64,000 bases of DNA from an uncultured delta proteobacterium (lineage in GTDB: Bacteria > Desulfobacterota > Desulfuromonadia > Geobacterales > DSM-12255), in the NCBI GenBank assembly GCA_963787125.1, contig CAWBBV010000011.1, forward strand, positions 192,001-256,000, in the 5' to 3' direction. Position 1 is the first letter of the stretch. Every line of letters begins with the position of its first letter. Below the pieces are notes generated by a model, which made no database searches, had not been told where the DNA came from, and saw only the letters and a list, made by a program, of their open reading frames with translations. Of this stretch, positions 52,945 to 64,000 are shown one piece after another. Position numbers and translations under genes: made by a program.

Positions 52945-54071
52945 TATTCTGCCGCCACTACAGACGCTGGCTGAAGCGACTTCAACATCTCATCCACAAT
53001 AATCCTTGCCGCGTCAAGTCGGGCAGCTCCTCTGGCGTTTAGCTCTGTAGCTCTGAGCAGATCTGGATCAGAAACCAGCGCCGCTATCTGCTGCACAAGA
53101 CTAGCTGCTGTCAGCTCCCTTTCCAGGATCATGAATCCGGCACTGCATTTAAGCAATGCCTCCGCATTTTTTCGCTGGTGATCGTCAACTGCATGGGGAA
53201 ACGGGATGAAAATACATGGTTTACCGCAGGCTGTCACCTCGGCAATGGTTGTTGCCCCGGCACGGCAGATAACAAGGTCGGCGGCGCGGTATTCAGCGGC
53301 CATATTGTCTATAAAAGGGATTACTTTCGCCTTTACGCCGGCGCTGCGGTAAGCCGCAGAGACCTCATCGAAATCCTTTTCGCCGGTCTGATGCGTGATT
53401 GTCAGCGCCCCCCCGAACTCTGACAACCGCGGCGCTGCTGCCGCCATTGTCATATTGATGCTGTGCGCACCAAGACTGCCACCAAAAACCAGCAGCTGAA
53501 ATCCCCCCTGCTCGCTTCCACCCTTTTTGAAAGGGGGGACTGAGGGGGGATTTGCCACTTCATCCAGAATCTGTTTCCTGAGAGGGTTGCCTGTCAAAAG
53601 TGTCGTATCTTTCGGAAAGAACCGCCGTGACTCTTCCAGTGAGATAAAAGCCTGCTCGGCAATACGCGACAACAGCTTATTGGTCATCCCAGGTATCGCA
53701 TTCTGCTCATGGACAAAACGCGGGATCAAAAGGCCCCGTGCCGCCAGAATGACCGGAGCAGAAGCATAACCGCCGACACCGAGCACTAGATCCGGCTTGA
53801 ACCCTTTCAGGATCTTTCGCGACTGGGAATAGCCGTAGAGAAGCCCTGCAACGCCTTTAAGCTGACCGACCAGGCTTTTCCCCCGCACTCCGGCAGCAGC
53901 TATCAGTTCAAGGCGATAACCTAGCTTGGGGAGGAGCTTTGCCTCAACGCCACGCTCTGTGCCGACAAAGAGCACTTCATTTTTCGGATCACGGGCAAGA
54001 AACTCTTCAGCCACCGCAATTCCAGGGAAAAGATGCCCTCCGGTTCCACCTCCGGCGACCAGCAGCTTCAT
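52944..54071 (-). CDS. murG: Lipid II GlcNAc transferase
   Basis: GGGTGGH, HEQN, GNPLR, GGSLGA, RAGA. Confidence 0.97.
   Translation of the reverse strand: MKLLVAGGGTGGHLFPGIAVAEEFLARDPKNEVLFVGTERGVEAKLLPKLGYRLELIAAAGVRGKSLVGQLKGVAGLLYGYSQSRKILKGFKPDLVLGVGGYASAPVILAARGLLIPRFVHEQNAIPGMTNKLLSRIAEQAFISLEESRRFFPKDTTLLTGNPLRKQILDEVANPPSVPPFKKGGSEQGGFQLLVFGGSLGAHSINMTMAAAAPRLSEFGGALTITHQTGEKDFDEVSAAYRSAGVKAKVIPFIDNMAAEYRAADLVICRAGATTIAEVTACGKPCIFIPFPHAVDDHQRKNAEALLKCSAGFMILERELTAASLVQQIAALVSDPDLLRATELNARGAARLDAARIIVDEMLKSLQPASVVAAE
53499..53553. repeat. Nested palindromic (REP-like) element within murG
   Basis: AAATCCCCCCT...AGGGGGGATTT outer arms with inner TCCACCCTTT/AAAGGGGGGA arms. Confidence 0.65.
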
Positions 54072-55171
54072 GGGACCCCCCTCATCTTGCTCGAAATATT
54101 AAGAAGTATCCCGACCGCTGTCAGACTCAAAATCAGAGAGCTGCCGCCGTAGCTGATAAACGGCAACGCCAGCCCCTTGGTTGGTAAAAGCCCCATGACA
54201 ACGGCAATGTTGACGAACGCCTGGGCGCCGATAAGGACAGCGATCCCCAGTGCCAGAAACCGCCCGAAGTTGTCCTCAGCATAAACTGCCACCCTGATAC
54301 TGCGGTGCACCAGCAGAAAAAACATGGCGGCAACAGTGACCGTGCCGATAAAGCCGAGTTCCTCACCAATAACCGAGAGGATAAAATCTGTATGAGCTTC
54401 CGGCAGATAAAAAAGTTTCTGTTTCCCCTCGCCAAGCCCCTGACCGCTTATGCCGCCAGTACCGAAGGCAAGCCACGACTGGATTATCTGAAAACCGGTA
54501 TTCCCCGGATCAGCCCAGGGATTGAGGAAAGAGGTTATCCGCCGCCAGCGGTACTCCTTATGCCTGATTGCGTAATAAACGAAGGGCGAGGAGAAGAGAA
54601 TTATGGAGATGACATGGGAAAGGCGCATCCCGGCAGCAAAAAGCATAACCATGGCGACGCCGGCAAGCGTCATGGAAGAGCCCATATCGGGCTGGATCAT
54701 CAACAGTCCGATCATCAGCATCAGCACCAGCATATACGGGATCAGCCCCTTGACCCCGCGGATCTGATCCTGCTTCCGGTCAAGGGAGAACGCCATAAAG
54801 ATAATCAGGGCAAGCTTTGCCAATTCGGCAGGTTGAAAATTAAACCCGGGGAAGCGGATCCAGCGGGTTGCGCCTTTTACGTTGCCGCCTACTCCGGGGA
54901 TAAAAACGAGGACCAGCGAGATAAAGCAGATTATAAGCACCGGCACCGCCGCTTTTTCCCAAAAATGGTAATCGGTTTTCATGGCCGCATACATGCAACA
55001 AAAACCGAGAACCGCAAACAGACCCTGTCTTTTCAGGAAGAAAAAGCTGTCATGAAATTTTTTCTCGGCCATTATGGACGAGGCCGAATAGACCATCACA
55101 ACCCCGAAGCAGGTAAGCACCACCACCATGGTCAGAATTATCAGATCATAGCCCTCCAGCTTTTTAAACAT
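54068..55171 (-). CDS. ftsW: SEDS protein FtsW
   Basis: RWI, QPAELAK, LPEAHTDF, PTKG..LPFISYGG. Confidence 0.96.
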   Translation of the reverse strand: MFKKLEGYDLIILTMVVVLTCFGVVMVYSASSIMAEKKFHDSFFFLKRQGLFAVLGFCCMYAAMKTDYHFWEKAAVPVLIICFISLVLVFIPGVGGNVKGATRWIRFPGFNFQPAELAKLALIIFMAFSLDRKQDQIRGVKGLIPYMLVLMLMIGLLMIQPDMGSSMTLAGVAMVMLFAAGMRLSHVISIILFSSPFVYYAIRHKEYRWRRITSFLNPWADPGNTGFQIIQSWLAFGTGGISGQGLGEGKQKLFYLPEAHTDFILSVIGEELGFIGTVTVAAMFFLLVHRSIRVAVYAEDNFGRFLALGIAVLIGAQAFVNIAVVMGLLPTKGLALPFISYGGSSLILSLTAVGILLNISSKMRGVP

Positions 55172-55173
55172 GA

Positions 55174-56505
55174 TTACAGCGCCTTGACCGCGGCAATATA
55201 ACGCTCTGCCCGCTCTTCATAATCGCGGAACATATCAAAGCTTGAGCAGGCCGGTGACATCAACACCGTGCCGCCGCCAGCGGTAATTTCACCGGCGAGT
55301 TTCACTGCTTCTTCCATAGACGCCGCTCTTCGGGTATCGGTAAGACCACCAAGCTCAGCAGCCATCCGCTCCGCCGCCTCGCCAATCAGGACAAGGTGAC
55401 GCACCCGCTCTTTCACAAGCGGCACAAGCGGAGCGTATGAGCCACCCTTATCCTTACCCCCGGCAATCAGGGTGATATTTTCAAAGCTCTCCAGAGCCTT
55501 TACCACGCTGCCGACATTAGTCGCCTTACTGTCCTCGTAGTAACTTACCCCGCTAACTTCCCGGACAAACTCCATCCGGTGATGCAGCGCTCCGAAATCG
55601 CGGACGCAGACAAAGCTCTCTTCGGGACGGCAGCCGAGAAGAAGCGAGCAGGCAAGTGCCGCCATGATATTTTCGAGATTGTGAACCCCTTTGAGGCGAA
55701 AATCAGCGGTCGGGAAACGTGCTTCAGTCCCGTCATGCCGGTAGATGATTTCTTCGCCCTTACAGAAGACGCCTTCATCCAGCTCGTATCTCCTGCTGAA
55801 AGGGAATACTTTTGCAGTCAGTTTTTGGGCATACTGCCAGACAAGCGGATCATCCATATTAAGAACAGCAAAATCCATTTCCGTCTGGTTCTCGAAAATT
55901 CTCAGCTTTGCGTCAATGTAATCCTGATACGACCCATAGCGATCAAGATGATCTTCGCTGATATTGAGCAGCGCCGCCACCTTGGGCCGGAAGCTTTTAA
56001 TCCACTCCAGCTGGAATGAGCTGATTTCGGCAACAACCCGCTCTGCTTGTGAATCCGCCTCTATCAGGGGGTCGCCGATATTGCCGCCAACATAGGTTTC
56101 AAAACCGTTGGCTCTGAAAATTTCACCGCAAAGAGTCGTTGTGGTTGTTTTTCCGTTCGTACCGGTAATGGCTACCAACGGCGAAGTTATAAATCTGCTC
56201 GCCAGCTCAATCTCGCTGACAATCTCCCGATCTGCAGCTTTGGCGAGTAACAGCAGCGGATGATCCATAGGGACACCCGGGGAGACCACGATCAACTCCG
56301 CCGCGAGGAAATCCGTCTCCTCATGTCGTCCGAGAACAAACCTTACCCCAAGTCCGTCAAGTTCTGCCAGAACCTCGGCCAATGCAGTTTCGTCCCGCAT
56401 ATCGGTTGCGGTTACAGCTGCGCCTTGAGCCGCCAGCAATCGGCAGCAGGCAACACCGGTTCGCGCCAGTCCCATGACAAGAATTTTTTTGCCTGAAACG
56501 TTCAA
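55174..56505 (-). CDS. murD: UDP-MurNAc-L-Ala-D-Glu ligase
   Basis: [29 protein letters not shown]. Confidence 0.97.
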   Translation of the reverse strand: MNVSGKKILVMGLARTGVACCRLLAAQGAAVTATDMRDETALAEVLAELDGLGVRFVLGRHEETDFLAAELIVVSPGVPMDHPLLLLAKAADREIVSEIELASRFITSPLVAITGTNGKTTTTTLCGEIFRANGFETYVGGNIGDPLIEADSQAERVVAEISSFQLEWIKSFRPKVAALLNISEDHLDRYGSYQDYIDAKLRIFENQTEMDFAVLNMDDPLVWQYAQKLTAKVFPFSRRYELDEGVFCKGEEIIYRHDGTEARFPTADFRLKGVHNLENIMAALACSLLLGCRPEESFVCVRDFGALHHRMEFVREVSGVSYYEDSKATNVGSVVKALESFENITLIAGGKDKGGSYAPLVPLVKERVRHLVLIGEAAERMAAELGGLTDTRRAASMEEAVKLAGEITAGGGTVLMSPACSSFDMFRDYEERAERYIAAVKAL

Positions 56506-56508
56506 ATT

Positions 56509-57585
56509 CTACCTCAACTTCAGTGTCGATATCGCGACCAGCGCCAGGATTATGGAGATTATCCAGAATCGGACAATGATCTTCGGCTCGGCAACACCCT
56601 TGAGTTCAAAATGGTGATGAATCGGCGCCATCCTGAAGATCCGCTTGCCACGGTACTTATAGGAGCCGACCTGGAAGATTACCGACAGCGCTTCAACAAC
56701 AAATACTCCGCCGACTATTACCAGCAGAATCTCCTGCTTGGTCAACACAGCCAGCGTCCCGAGGCCGCCACCGAGGGAGAGAGAACCGACGTCCCCCATG
56801 AATACTTCGGCCGGATAAGAGTTGTACCAGAGGAAACCGAGTCCGGCGCCCACCATGGCGCCGCAGAGGATGGCAAGCTCTCCGGTGCCGGCGACATAAG
56901 GCATTTGCAGATAGGTAGCAAGCTTGAAATTACCGGCAATATAGGCAAAGATCATATAGGTTGCCGCATTGATCGAAACCGGACCGATGGCAAGCCCATC
57001 GAGCCCGTCCGTCAGATTCACGGCATTGCTTGCCCCGACGATGACAAGTGTAACAAAAGGGATGTAGAACAGGCCAAGATCAGGGTGAAGTTTCTTGAAG
57101 AACGGGAAAAAGAGCTCTTCGGAAAACCCTGGCAGAGCGTAAAGGACTATCCCTACAGCCGCAGCCATCAGCACCTGCCAGAACATTTTCTGCCGCGGGG
57201 TCAGTCCTTTGGGATCTTTCTCCACAACCTTCTTGTAATCGTCCACAAAACCGATAATCCCGTAGCCGCTGATAATGAAGAGCGCCAACCAGATATATTT
57301 GTTGGTCAAATCACTCCAGAGAAGCGTCGGAATGATAATGGACGCCAGTATCAGCACTCCCCCCATGGTCGGAGTTCCCTGCTTCTTCAGATGGGACTCC
57401 GGCCCGTCGGTTCTGATCACCTGCCTTGCCTGCAAGCTTTCAAGCTTGCGAATCACCCAGGGGCCGATGATAAAGGCTACCAACAACGCCGTTATCATGG
57501 CATAGATAGTCCGGAAAGTCAGGTACTTGAATACATTGAAAAGTCTTATATCAGCTGCGAGTGGATATAAAAGATGATAAAGCAT
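56509..57585 (-). CDS. mraY: Phospho-MurNAc-pentapeptide transferase
   Basis: [30 protein letters not shown]. Confidence 0.98.
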   Translation of the reverse strand: MLYHLLYPLAADIRLFNVFKYLTFRTIYAMITALLVAFIIGPWVIRKLESLQARQVIRTDGPESHLKKQGTPTMGGVLILASIIIPTLLWSDLTNKYIWLALFIISGYGIIGFVDDYKKVVEKDPKGLTPRQKMFWQVLMAAAVGIVLYALPGFSEELFFPFFKKLHPDLGLFYIPFVTLVIVGASNAVNLTDGLDGLAIGPVSINAATYMIFAYIAGNFKLATYLQMPYVAGTGELAILCGAMVGAGLGFLWYNSYPAEVFMGDVGSLSLGGGLGTLAVLTKQEILLVIVGGVFVVEALSVIFQVGSYKYRGKRIFRMAPIHHHFELKGVAEPKIIVRFWIISIILALVAISTLKLR

Positions 57586-58991
57586 CAGCTTCTCCCTCCG
57601 GTGTAATCCGCACCACTGAAAATCTCACGCAAAGAGGCTGCGACTCTCTCCATCTTCATTCCTCGTGACCCTTTGACCAGAATGTAGTCTCCATCCAGAT
57701 GGTCTTTAATAATATCCTGTAAAATCTCATCGTGGGAAGCAGCTAAAACAATCTCCCTTTCGGCCAGACCGGCTTCCAATGCAGCTTCAGCAACAATTCG
57801 CCCCATCTCGCCAAATAGATAGAGCCGGTCTACACAGGTTGCGGCCAGATGACCGACATCCCTGTGAGCGGGCAAGCCCTCCTCTCCCAGCTCAAGCATA
57901 TCGCCAAGGACGGCAATGCCGCGGTTCTCCCCTTTTAAACCATTTAAGGTCAAGAGGGCTGCGCCCGCAGAGGCCGGATTTGAGTTGTAGCTGTCATCAA
58001 TCAGAACTATCGCTCCCAGATCAGCCAGTTTAAAGCGCTTGTCAAAAGGGGTGAAGGCTTCAAGTCCGGCAACTATCCTATCAAGAGGAATACCGAGTGA
58101 ATCGGCTGCTGCGGCGGCGGCCAGAGCATTATAGATATTGTGCAGACCGAAAGCCGGGAGCAACAGACGAGCTGCTTGTTCGCCGATTTTCAGGGTGAAG
58201 CTCTGCCCCTGATTTCCGCGCGGCTTGATATCCAGTGCGGTTATCTCCGCGCCGTGCAGTCCGAAACCGCGCCGTGAAACCCCTGGCGGAGTTTTGCAGG
58301 CCGAGATAAGCGCATCATCAGCATTATAGATGGCGGTCGCGCCTGTCGACAGCCGCAAGAACAGCTCACCCTTGGCTCTTGCTACTCCTGCCACGCTCCC
58401 CATACTGGCGAGATGGGCGGGGAAGGCATTAGTGATGATGCCGATCTGCGGCGCAGCTATCTCCGCCAGACGATCAATCTCACCGAATTCGCTCATCCCC
58501 ATCTCGAACACCGCCCACTTGTAATCTCCTTTAAGCTGAAAGACCATTTGGGGCAGACCGATCAGATTATTGAGATTGCCGGATGTTTTCAGCCCTTCAC
58601 CAGTTGCAGTCAGAATGGCTGACAGCATCTCCTTGGTGGTTGTTTTGCCGTTGCTGCCGGTTATACCGATCACAGGCAACGAAAAGCGGCGTCGATACGC
58701 GCGGGCAAGATCGCCCAGTGCAACCAGAGTATCTGCTACCGATATCAGGGTGACATCAGCAGTGAAGGCCAATGAGGCAACCCGGCTATCATTAATCAAG
58801 GCAACCGTAAGCCCTTTTTCAAACAGCCCGCCAAGGTAGTCATGCCCATCAAAGCGCTCACCGCTCAGCGGCACAAATAGCTCCTCTGGAAGGGCAGTCC
58901 GTGAATCTGTAGAAACACCTGAAACCCGGCGCTCCCATGAGCCGTGAACTTTCCCACCGGTTGCAGCTGCTATTTCGCTAATACTGAACAT
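57585..58991 (-). CDS. murF: UDP-MurNAc-tripeptide-D-Ala-D-Ala ligase
   Basis: [27 protein letters not shown]. Confidence 0.97.
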   Translation of the reverse strand: MFSISEIAAATGGKVHGSWERRVSGVSTDSRTALPEELFVPLSGERFDGHDYLGGLFEKGLTVALINDSRVASLAFTADVTLISVADTLVALGDLARAYRRRFSLPVIGITGSNGKTTTKEMLSAILTATGEGLKTSGNLNNLIGLPQMVFQLKGDYKWAVFEMGMSEFGEIDRLAEIAAPQIGIITNAFPAHLASMGSVAGVARAKGELFLRLSTGATAIYNADDALISACKTPPGVSRRGFGLHGAEITALDIKPRGNQGQSFTLKIGEQAARLLLPAFGLHNIYNALAAAAAADSLGIPLDRIVAGLEAFTPFDKRFKLADLGAIVLIDDSYNSNPASAGAALLTLNGLKGENRGIAVLGDMLELGEEGLPAHRDVGHLAATCVDRLYLFGEMGRIVAEAALEAGLAEREIVLAASHDEILQDIIKDHLDGDYILVKGSRGMKMERVAASLREIFSGADYTGGRS

Positions 58992-60511
58992 TAACCCAAA
59001 CCCCTTAACGCTGCTGCCGCTTCTTCCCGGTCATCAAAGTGATGCTTTGTCGTGCCGATGATCTGGTAGTCTTCATGCCCTTTGCCGGCTAAAAGGAGGA
59101 TATCTCCCGGCCTTGCCAGACTTGCTGCGAGACGGATAGCTTCACGCCGGTTTTCGCAGACAATAAACCCTTTTTTTGTAATACCGCCGCCAAGCTGTGC
59201 CAGTGAATATTCGTGACCCCCACGAGGAATTATCCCCGCCCTTATCTGTGCGAGGATTGCAGCAGGATCTTCCGTTCTGGGATTATCCGAGGTAACCACG
59301 GCAAGATCAGACCACTTGGCCGCTATCGCCCCCATTATCGGGCGCTTACCGTTATCGCGATCACCACCGCAGCCAAAGACTGTAATAATTCTTTCTGTTG
59401 CGATTTCCTTGAGTGTCAAAAGGACATTCTCAAGAGCGTCACCGGTATGGGCATAGTCCACCAGACATATGACACCTCGATTATTTTCAACCAGTTCAAG
59501 CCTGCCGGGAATCGGCAGATGCTCCTCTATCCCGGTTTTTATGGCTGGCAAAGGCAGGTCGAGCGCGACTCCTGCCGCAACTGCTGCCAGAATATTGGAT
59601 AAGTTGAATCTCCCCAGAAGCTTCGAGGAGAATGAAAATCCGCCTTTTGGGGTCTGAATGGTGCCACTGATGCCGTTAACCGAAATGCTCAAGTCAACGC
59701 CATGCACATCGTTTGCGGCCGAGGTCCCATAGGTTATCACCGGACAGACCGCACACGCTCTGATTTCAGCACCGTAAGGGTCATCCATGTTTACGGCGGC
59801 GCGCCGTACCGGTTTCAGCTGATCAGGTTTGAGCAGTTCCGCAAAAAGTCGCTCTTTTGCCTTTAGATACTCCACCATACTGCCGTGATAGTCGAGGTGG
59901 TCGCGGGTCAGGTTGCTGAATATGCCTACGTCAAAATGACAGCCATCAACTCTTTTCTGCTCCAGCGAGTGGGAAGAGACCTCCATTACAAAGGACTTTG
60001 CGCCCACATCAGCCAGCTTTCTCAGCGCCGCCTGCAGGTCGGTTGATTCAGGGGTTGTATGGGTTGATTCGATATGAAAGTCGCCGCAGCGGTAGCTGAT
60101 AGTGCCCAGCACGGCTGCTGGGAGTCCGGCTGCCGCCAGCACTCCTTCGAGCAGATACGTTGTTGTGGTTTTACCGTTTGTCCCGGTAATGCCTATCAGC
60201 GGCGCTGAAGCGGTCGGATCGCCATAAAATACCGCCGCCGCCTTTGCCATGGCAAGCCTTGTGTCAGCAGTCTTGACCGTCACAGCCCCGGGAGTAATTG
60301 CGCCGTCAGCTTCCACAACCAGAGCAACAGCCCCGTTGATTAAAGCTGACGGAATAAAAGCATGCCCGTCAACTGACGCCCCTTTCAGGGCAAAAAAGAG
60401 CCCGCCAGGCTTTACCGTGCGGGAGTCGTAATGAATTCCGGAGATTTCAGGATCGGAACTGCCGTTAATCTTCTCGTATTTAATGGACTGCAGCAGTTCG
60501 GATAGTTTCAT
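58991..60511 (-). CDS. murE: UDP-MurNAc-dipeptide-DAP ligase
   Basis: GTNGKTT, EVSSH, DYAH, DNPR, AGKGHE. Confidence 0.97.
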   Translation of the reverse strand: MKLSELLQSIKYEKINGSSDPEISGIHYDSRTVKPGGLFFALKGASVDGHAFIPSALINGAVALVVEADGAITPGAVTVKTADTRLAMAKAAAVFYGDPTASAPLIGITGTNGKTTTTYLLEGVLAAAGLPAAVLGTISYRCGDFHIESTHTTPESTDLQAALRKLADVGAKSFVMEVSSHSLEQKRVDGCHFDVGIFSNLTRDHLDYHGSMVEYLKAKERLFAELLKPDQLKPVRRAAVNMDDPYGAEIRACAVCPVITYGTSAANDVHGVDLSISVNGISGTIQTPKGGFSFSSKLLGRFNLSNILAAVAAGVALDLPLPAIKTGIEEHLPIPGRLELVENNRGVICLVDYAHTGDALENVLLTLKEIATERIITVFGCGGDRDNGKRPIMGAIAAKWSDLAVVTSDNPRTEDPAAILAQIRAGIIPRGGHEYSLAQLGGGITKKGFIVCENRREAIRLAASLARPGDILLLAGKGHEDYQIIGTTKHHFDDREEAAAALRGLG

Positions 60512-60532
60512 GTCTTCAACCTTTTTATTTTT

Positions 60533-62515
60533 TCATGCCGATGGTGCCAACCTGACCCAGACGGGATCGGTGGGGTTTATTTTCCTTCCTGGCGGCGGAC
60601 TCTGTTCAATGACTCTGCCGCTGCCTATCAGGCGGATGTTCAGCCCTTTCTTCTCCATCTGCTGAAGGACTTGCCGCATACTCATCCCGCGGTAATTTGC
60701 CATTAACAGCCCGCCGGCCTGCTGGTTCTCCTGAGTAACCTCTTCCTCTTCCTCGGCAGCAATTGCAATCTTCGGCGCCTCTTTCTTTACTTCTATAACG
60801 CCAGGCTTCTTTTTAAGCGGCTGATTGGGAGAAACCCGCAAATAGCAAAGACTCTGCCTGGCTATGGCACTAAAAGCAGGCGCTGCTACCACCCCGCCGT
60901 AAGAGCTTGTTCTCGGCTCGTCCACAACCACAATAATCGCCAGCCTCGGCTTATCCGAAGGGATAAAGCCGGCAAATGAGGCTGTCCGCTTGTCCAGTGA
61001 ATACCCCTTTGTCACCGGGTCTGCCTTCTGGGCCGTACCGGTCTTCCCGGCGACCTTGAAACCATCGACAGATGCGGCTGTGCCTGTACCGCCTTCGGCA
61101 ACAACCCCTTCCATAATTCTCGCCATAATTGCAGCAGTTTCCGGCGAAATAACCTTCTGTTTGCTTACCGGTGAGAACTGCTTAACAGGGTTCCCTTTGG
61201 CATCTATGACTTTATCCACCACGTATGGCTGCATCAGGGTTCCGCCGTTAGCTATGGCAGACATGGCGGATACCAGTTGCAGAGCACTGATAGAGATACC
61301 CTGACCGAATGAGATCGTTGCAAGGTCAACTCCGTACCATTGACTTTTACTCCGCAAATAACCTGAAACTTCTCCAGGGAGGTCAATATTGCTCTTTACG
61401 CCGAAACCGAAGCCACGTAAATAGCTGTAAAGTCTCTCCGGTCCTAGCCGCGCACCGATCTTGGCAGCACCGATATTGCTGGAATATTTGAGAACTTCCG
61501 CCACTGACAAGCGTCCGTATCTGTGGGTATCATGGATAGTCCGACCGCCAATATTGTAACTGCCGTTTTCACAGTTGAAGGCGTCATCTGCCTTTACAGC
61601 CTTTTCTTCCAACGCTGCAGCAATGAGAAACACCTTCATTGTAGACCCTGGTTCAAAGCTGTCGGTTATCGCCCTGTTTCTGAGTGCTTGCGGTGAAAAC
61701 TTCCCGAACGAATTAGGATTAAAAGTCGGGTAGTTCGCCATAGCCAGCACTTTGCCGGAGGACGGGTCCATAACTACGGCAACTCCGCCTTTTGCCTTAC
61801 TGGACTCAACTGCTGCAGCCAACTCCTTCTCGGCTATGTACTGAATGTTTTTGTCTATCGTCAAGACAAGATTTTGTCCGGTAGAGGCATTCTTGGTCAT
61901 CATGCCGCGGGTGCCGATATCCCGGCCAAGAGCATCGCGCTCAGTTACCATAAAGCCGGTGTTGCCTAGCAAAGTGCTGTCAAACTTCCGTTCGACACCT
62001 TCCAGACCTTCGGGGTCAAGACCGGTAAAGCCGATAACATGACTACCTATCTCGGCATTTGGATAAAAACGCTTCGGCTCTTTGATAAAGCCGATGCCAT
62101 CTATTTCCAGTTTCCTGATCTGTGCTGCGACTTCCGGAGTAAGCCGGCGAGCCAGCCAGACAAACCCCTTGCTCCCTTTCAGCTTCTTCTCAAGGAGCTC
62201 TTTACTGCTGCCAAGAAGGGGCGCAAGCTGGGCTGCGGCTGCGGCGAGATCATCCATATTGCGAGGTTCGGCAAAGAGTGAATCCATCTCTATTGATACT
62301 GCCAGAGCTGAATTGGTGGCGTCGTAAATTGCTCCACGGGATGGGGTAAGCTGAACGACTTTAAGATGCTGCTTTTCCGCTAAATGGGCAAAGCGCTCCT
62401 GCTCGTATATCTGTAGATAAAACGCCCGTGCAACGGAAACGGATAGTAGCAGGATAAATATTCCACCGATAAAGCGGATCCTGTACCGCGTCCATTTGTC
62501 CCGATCATCCCTCAC
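60533..62515 (-). CDS. ftsI: Penicillin-binding protein 3 with PASTA domain
   Basis: STMK, SSN, KTG motifs. Confidence 0.95.
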   Translation of the reverse strand: MRDDRDKWTRYRIRFIGGIFILLLSVSVARAFYLQIYEQERFAHLAEKQHLKVVQLTPSRGAIYDATNSALAVSIEMDSLFAEPRNMDDLAAAAAQLAPLLGSSKELLEKKLKGSKGFVWLARRLTPEVAAQIRKLEIDGIGFIKEPKRFYPNAEIGSHVIGFTGLDPEGLEGVERKFDSTLLGNTGFMVTERDALGRDIGTRGMMTKNASTGQNLVLTIDKNIQYIAEKELAAAVESSKAKGGVAVVMDPSSGKVLAMANYPTFNPNSFGKFSPQALRNRAITDSFEPGSTMKVFLIAAALEEKAVKADDAFNCENGSYNIGGRTIHDTHRYGRLSVAEVLKYSSNIGAAKIGARLGPERLYSYLRGFGFGVKSNIDLPGEVSGYLRSKSQWYGVDLATISFGQGISISALQLVSAMSAIANGGTLMQPYVVDKVIDAKGNPVKQFSPVSKQKVISPETAAIMARIMEGVVAEGGTGTAASVDGFKVAGKTGTAQKADPVTKGYSLDKRTASFAGFIPSDKPRLAIIVVVDEPRTSSYGGVVAAPAFSAIARQSLCYLRVSPNQPLKKKPGVIEVKKEAPKIAIAAEEEEEVTQENQQAGGLLMANYRGMSMRQVLQQMEKKGLNIRLIGSGRVIEQSPPPGRKINPTDPVWVRLAPSA

Positions 62516-62850
62516 TTTACCTGCACCACCTGCTGCTCGGTTGGTAACGACATCCCCAGTTCACCTTTTGCCAGTGTTTCTATCCGTGCCGGCATCTTCA
62601 GCGAGGCAACTTCCAGCTTTAATCGCCCCTGCTCCTGCTCCTGGCTCTTGAGTTCGCGGCGCAACTCACCGACCTTGAGATTAAGATCCATCACCTTGAC
62701 CCGTGACCAGACATGGAAAACTGAGACAGTGGTAACTATAACAATGATCCCGATTATGTAGACAAGGAGATCATTCTTTTCCTCATTAGCTGCGGCATCA
62801 AAGCGTCTCGGATCTGCTACCTTGTCCATTGTTGCCCGAATATTTGCCAT
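62512..62850 (-). CDS. ftsL: Cell division protein FtsL
   Basis: TM plus leucine zipper, RIE.LA..LGM; dcw position. Confidence 0.9.
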   Translation of the reverse strand: MANIRATMDKVADPRRFDAAANEEKNDLLVYIIGIIVIVTTVSVFHVWSRVKVMDLNLKVGELRRELKSQEQEQGRLKLEVASLKMPARIETLAKGELGMSLPTEQQVVQVK

Positions 62851-62862
62851 AGCTCCCTCCGG

Positions 62863-63801
62863 CTAAAGTTTTTCTACTGCGCGCAGCTTTGCACTTCTTG
62901 ACCGCGGGTTATTTGCCAGCTCCTCGGCTCCAGCCATAACCGGTTTTCCCGTAAGAATCCTGACCTCCGGTTTGTGGTTACAAACGCAAACCGGAAAACC
63001 TTTGGGGCAGACACATCCGGCAGACATACCGCGAAACATCTGTTTTACAATTCTGTCTTCGAGGGAGTGGAAAGAGATCACAACTCCGCGACCACCCGGT
63101 TTTAGTAGCTTCACTGCTGCTGTCAGCCCTTTTTCAAGACTTGCGAGTTCATCGTTGACCGCGATTCTAAGACCCTGAAATGTCCGGGTAGCCGGATGTA
63201 ACCGCTCTTCCCAGGCGTTGCGCGGGATGGCGCCCTTTATCAGCTCGGCTAACTGAAAGGTTGTCTCGATAGGACTTTCTTCTCTCGCTTTACAGATAAA
63301 CGCCGCAATTCTGCCTGCCCAGCGCTCTTCACCATAATCTCTTATTATCTTTGCCAACTCGCCGTGCGACAACTCTGCAAGCAGTTCCGCAGCGCTTGGG
63401 CTGTTCTCCCGATCCATCCGCATGTCCAGAGGAGCATCCTTTTGAAAACTAAAGCCGCGCTCTGCCGTATCGAGCTGATGCGATGAAACCCCCAAGTCAA
63501 GCAGGAAGCCGTCTATGCCGGTAACGCCGTATTCAGCAAGCGCAGCTTCCATCTCGGAAAAATTACTGTTTACCGCGATGAAACCAGAACCGAAAGCCGC
63601 CAGTGAAACGGTTGCAGCCTGGATAGCAGCAAGGTCACGATCAAAGCCGTAGAGGCTGCCGTTTACCCCGGCGGCCTCAAGGATAAGGGCTGAATGACCG
63701 CCACCGCCGAGAGTTCCGTCAACATAGGTACCTGAACTAACAGGGGCCAGATATTTCATCACCTCAGCCGGCAATACCGGAATATGACTGAAAGTAGCCA
63801 C
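62863..63801 (-). CDS. rsmH: 16S rRNA m4C1402 methyltransferase
   Basis: [32 protein letters not shown]. Confidence 0.98.
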   Translation of the reverse strand: MATFSHIPVLPAEVMKYLAPVSSGTYVDGTLGGGGHSALILEAAGVNGSLYGFDRDLAAIQAATVSLAAFGSGFIAVNSNFSEMEAALAEYGVTGIDGFLLDLGVSSHQLDTAERGFSFQKDAPLDMRMDRENSPSAAELLAELSHGELAKIIRDYGEERWAGRIAAFICKAREESPIETTFQLAELIKGAIPRNAWEERLHPATRTFQGLRIAVNDELASLEKGLTAAVKLLKPGGRGVVISFHSLEDRIVKQMFRGMSAGCVCPKGFPVCVCNHKPEVRILTGKPVMAGAEELANNPRSRSAKLRAVEKL

Positions 63802-64000
63802 TAAAGTCCCAGTTCCGCGGCAGCTTCACTCCCGGAAGGGAAGTTTCTGATATTCTGCACCTGAACCTTCTCCCATTCGCTCTGACTCCAGATTTTTATC
63901 TTATCCATCGCCGCGACAAAGAGAACATCGCGTTCAAGCGCAGCATTTTTCCTTAAGTGAGGAGGCACAAGGAATCTGCCAAGCTTATCGACCGAAAGCT
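63801..64000 (-). CDS. mraZ: MraZ, 3' part (starts outside window)
   Basis: Hand translation [29 protein letters not shown]; DxxGR motif; upstream of rsmH. Confidence 0.9.
   Translation of the reverse strand, partial: LSVDKLGRFLVPPHLRKNAALERDVLFVAAMDKIKIWSQSEWEKVQVQNIRNFPSGSEAAAELGL

Overview
Chromosomal segment of a Geobacteraceae-like (Desulfuromonadia/Deltaproteobacteria) bacterium, judged from gene content and order. Left to right: thyX(partial)-rpmE-rho (minus strand); an Ehr/Hyf-type membrane complex operon whose large subunit lacks the Ni-binding cysteines; a ~6.6 kb accessory cassette between its last two genes (C-protein-like XRE regulator, stand-alone FTP/PepSY-like protein, 1407-aa M4 metalloprotease/adhesin with no visible propeptide, secreted phage-fibre-like protein, decayed beta-propeller gene); an RHH/PemK toxin-antitoxin pair abutting an apparently mosaic, AT-rich ligA with two cargo ORFs; acyP, rdgC-like, GGDEF-PilZ; mlaF-mlaD-phnD-like-queC-folE2; a DnaA-box cluster with DARS-like geometry; threonine deaminase, an OM protein, large MscS, DEAD-box helicase, a doubly frameshifted GTP-PEPCK, a Hya-type [NiFe] hydrogenase operon, trmFO, maf, yggS, radical SAM; and the dcw cluster (mraZ partial to ftsZ) with an EVE gene. 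No rRNA, tRNA, CRISPR array, integrase or transposase was seen. Best leads: the DARS-like element (27236-27289) and the apparent split thermolysin with its propeptide on a separate gene (9258-14454). All calls come from motif reading only; no searches were run.
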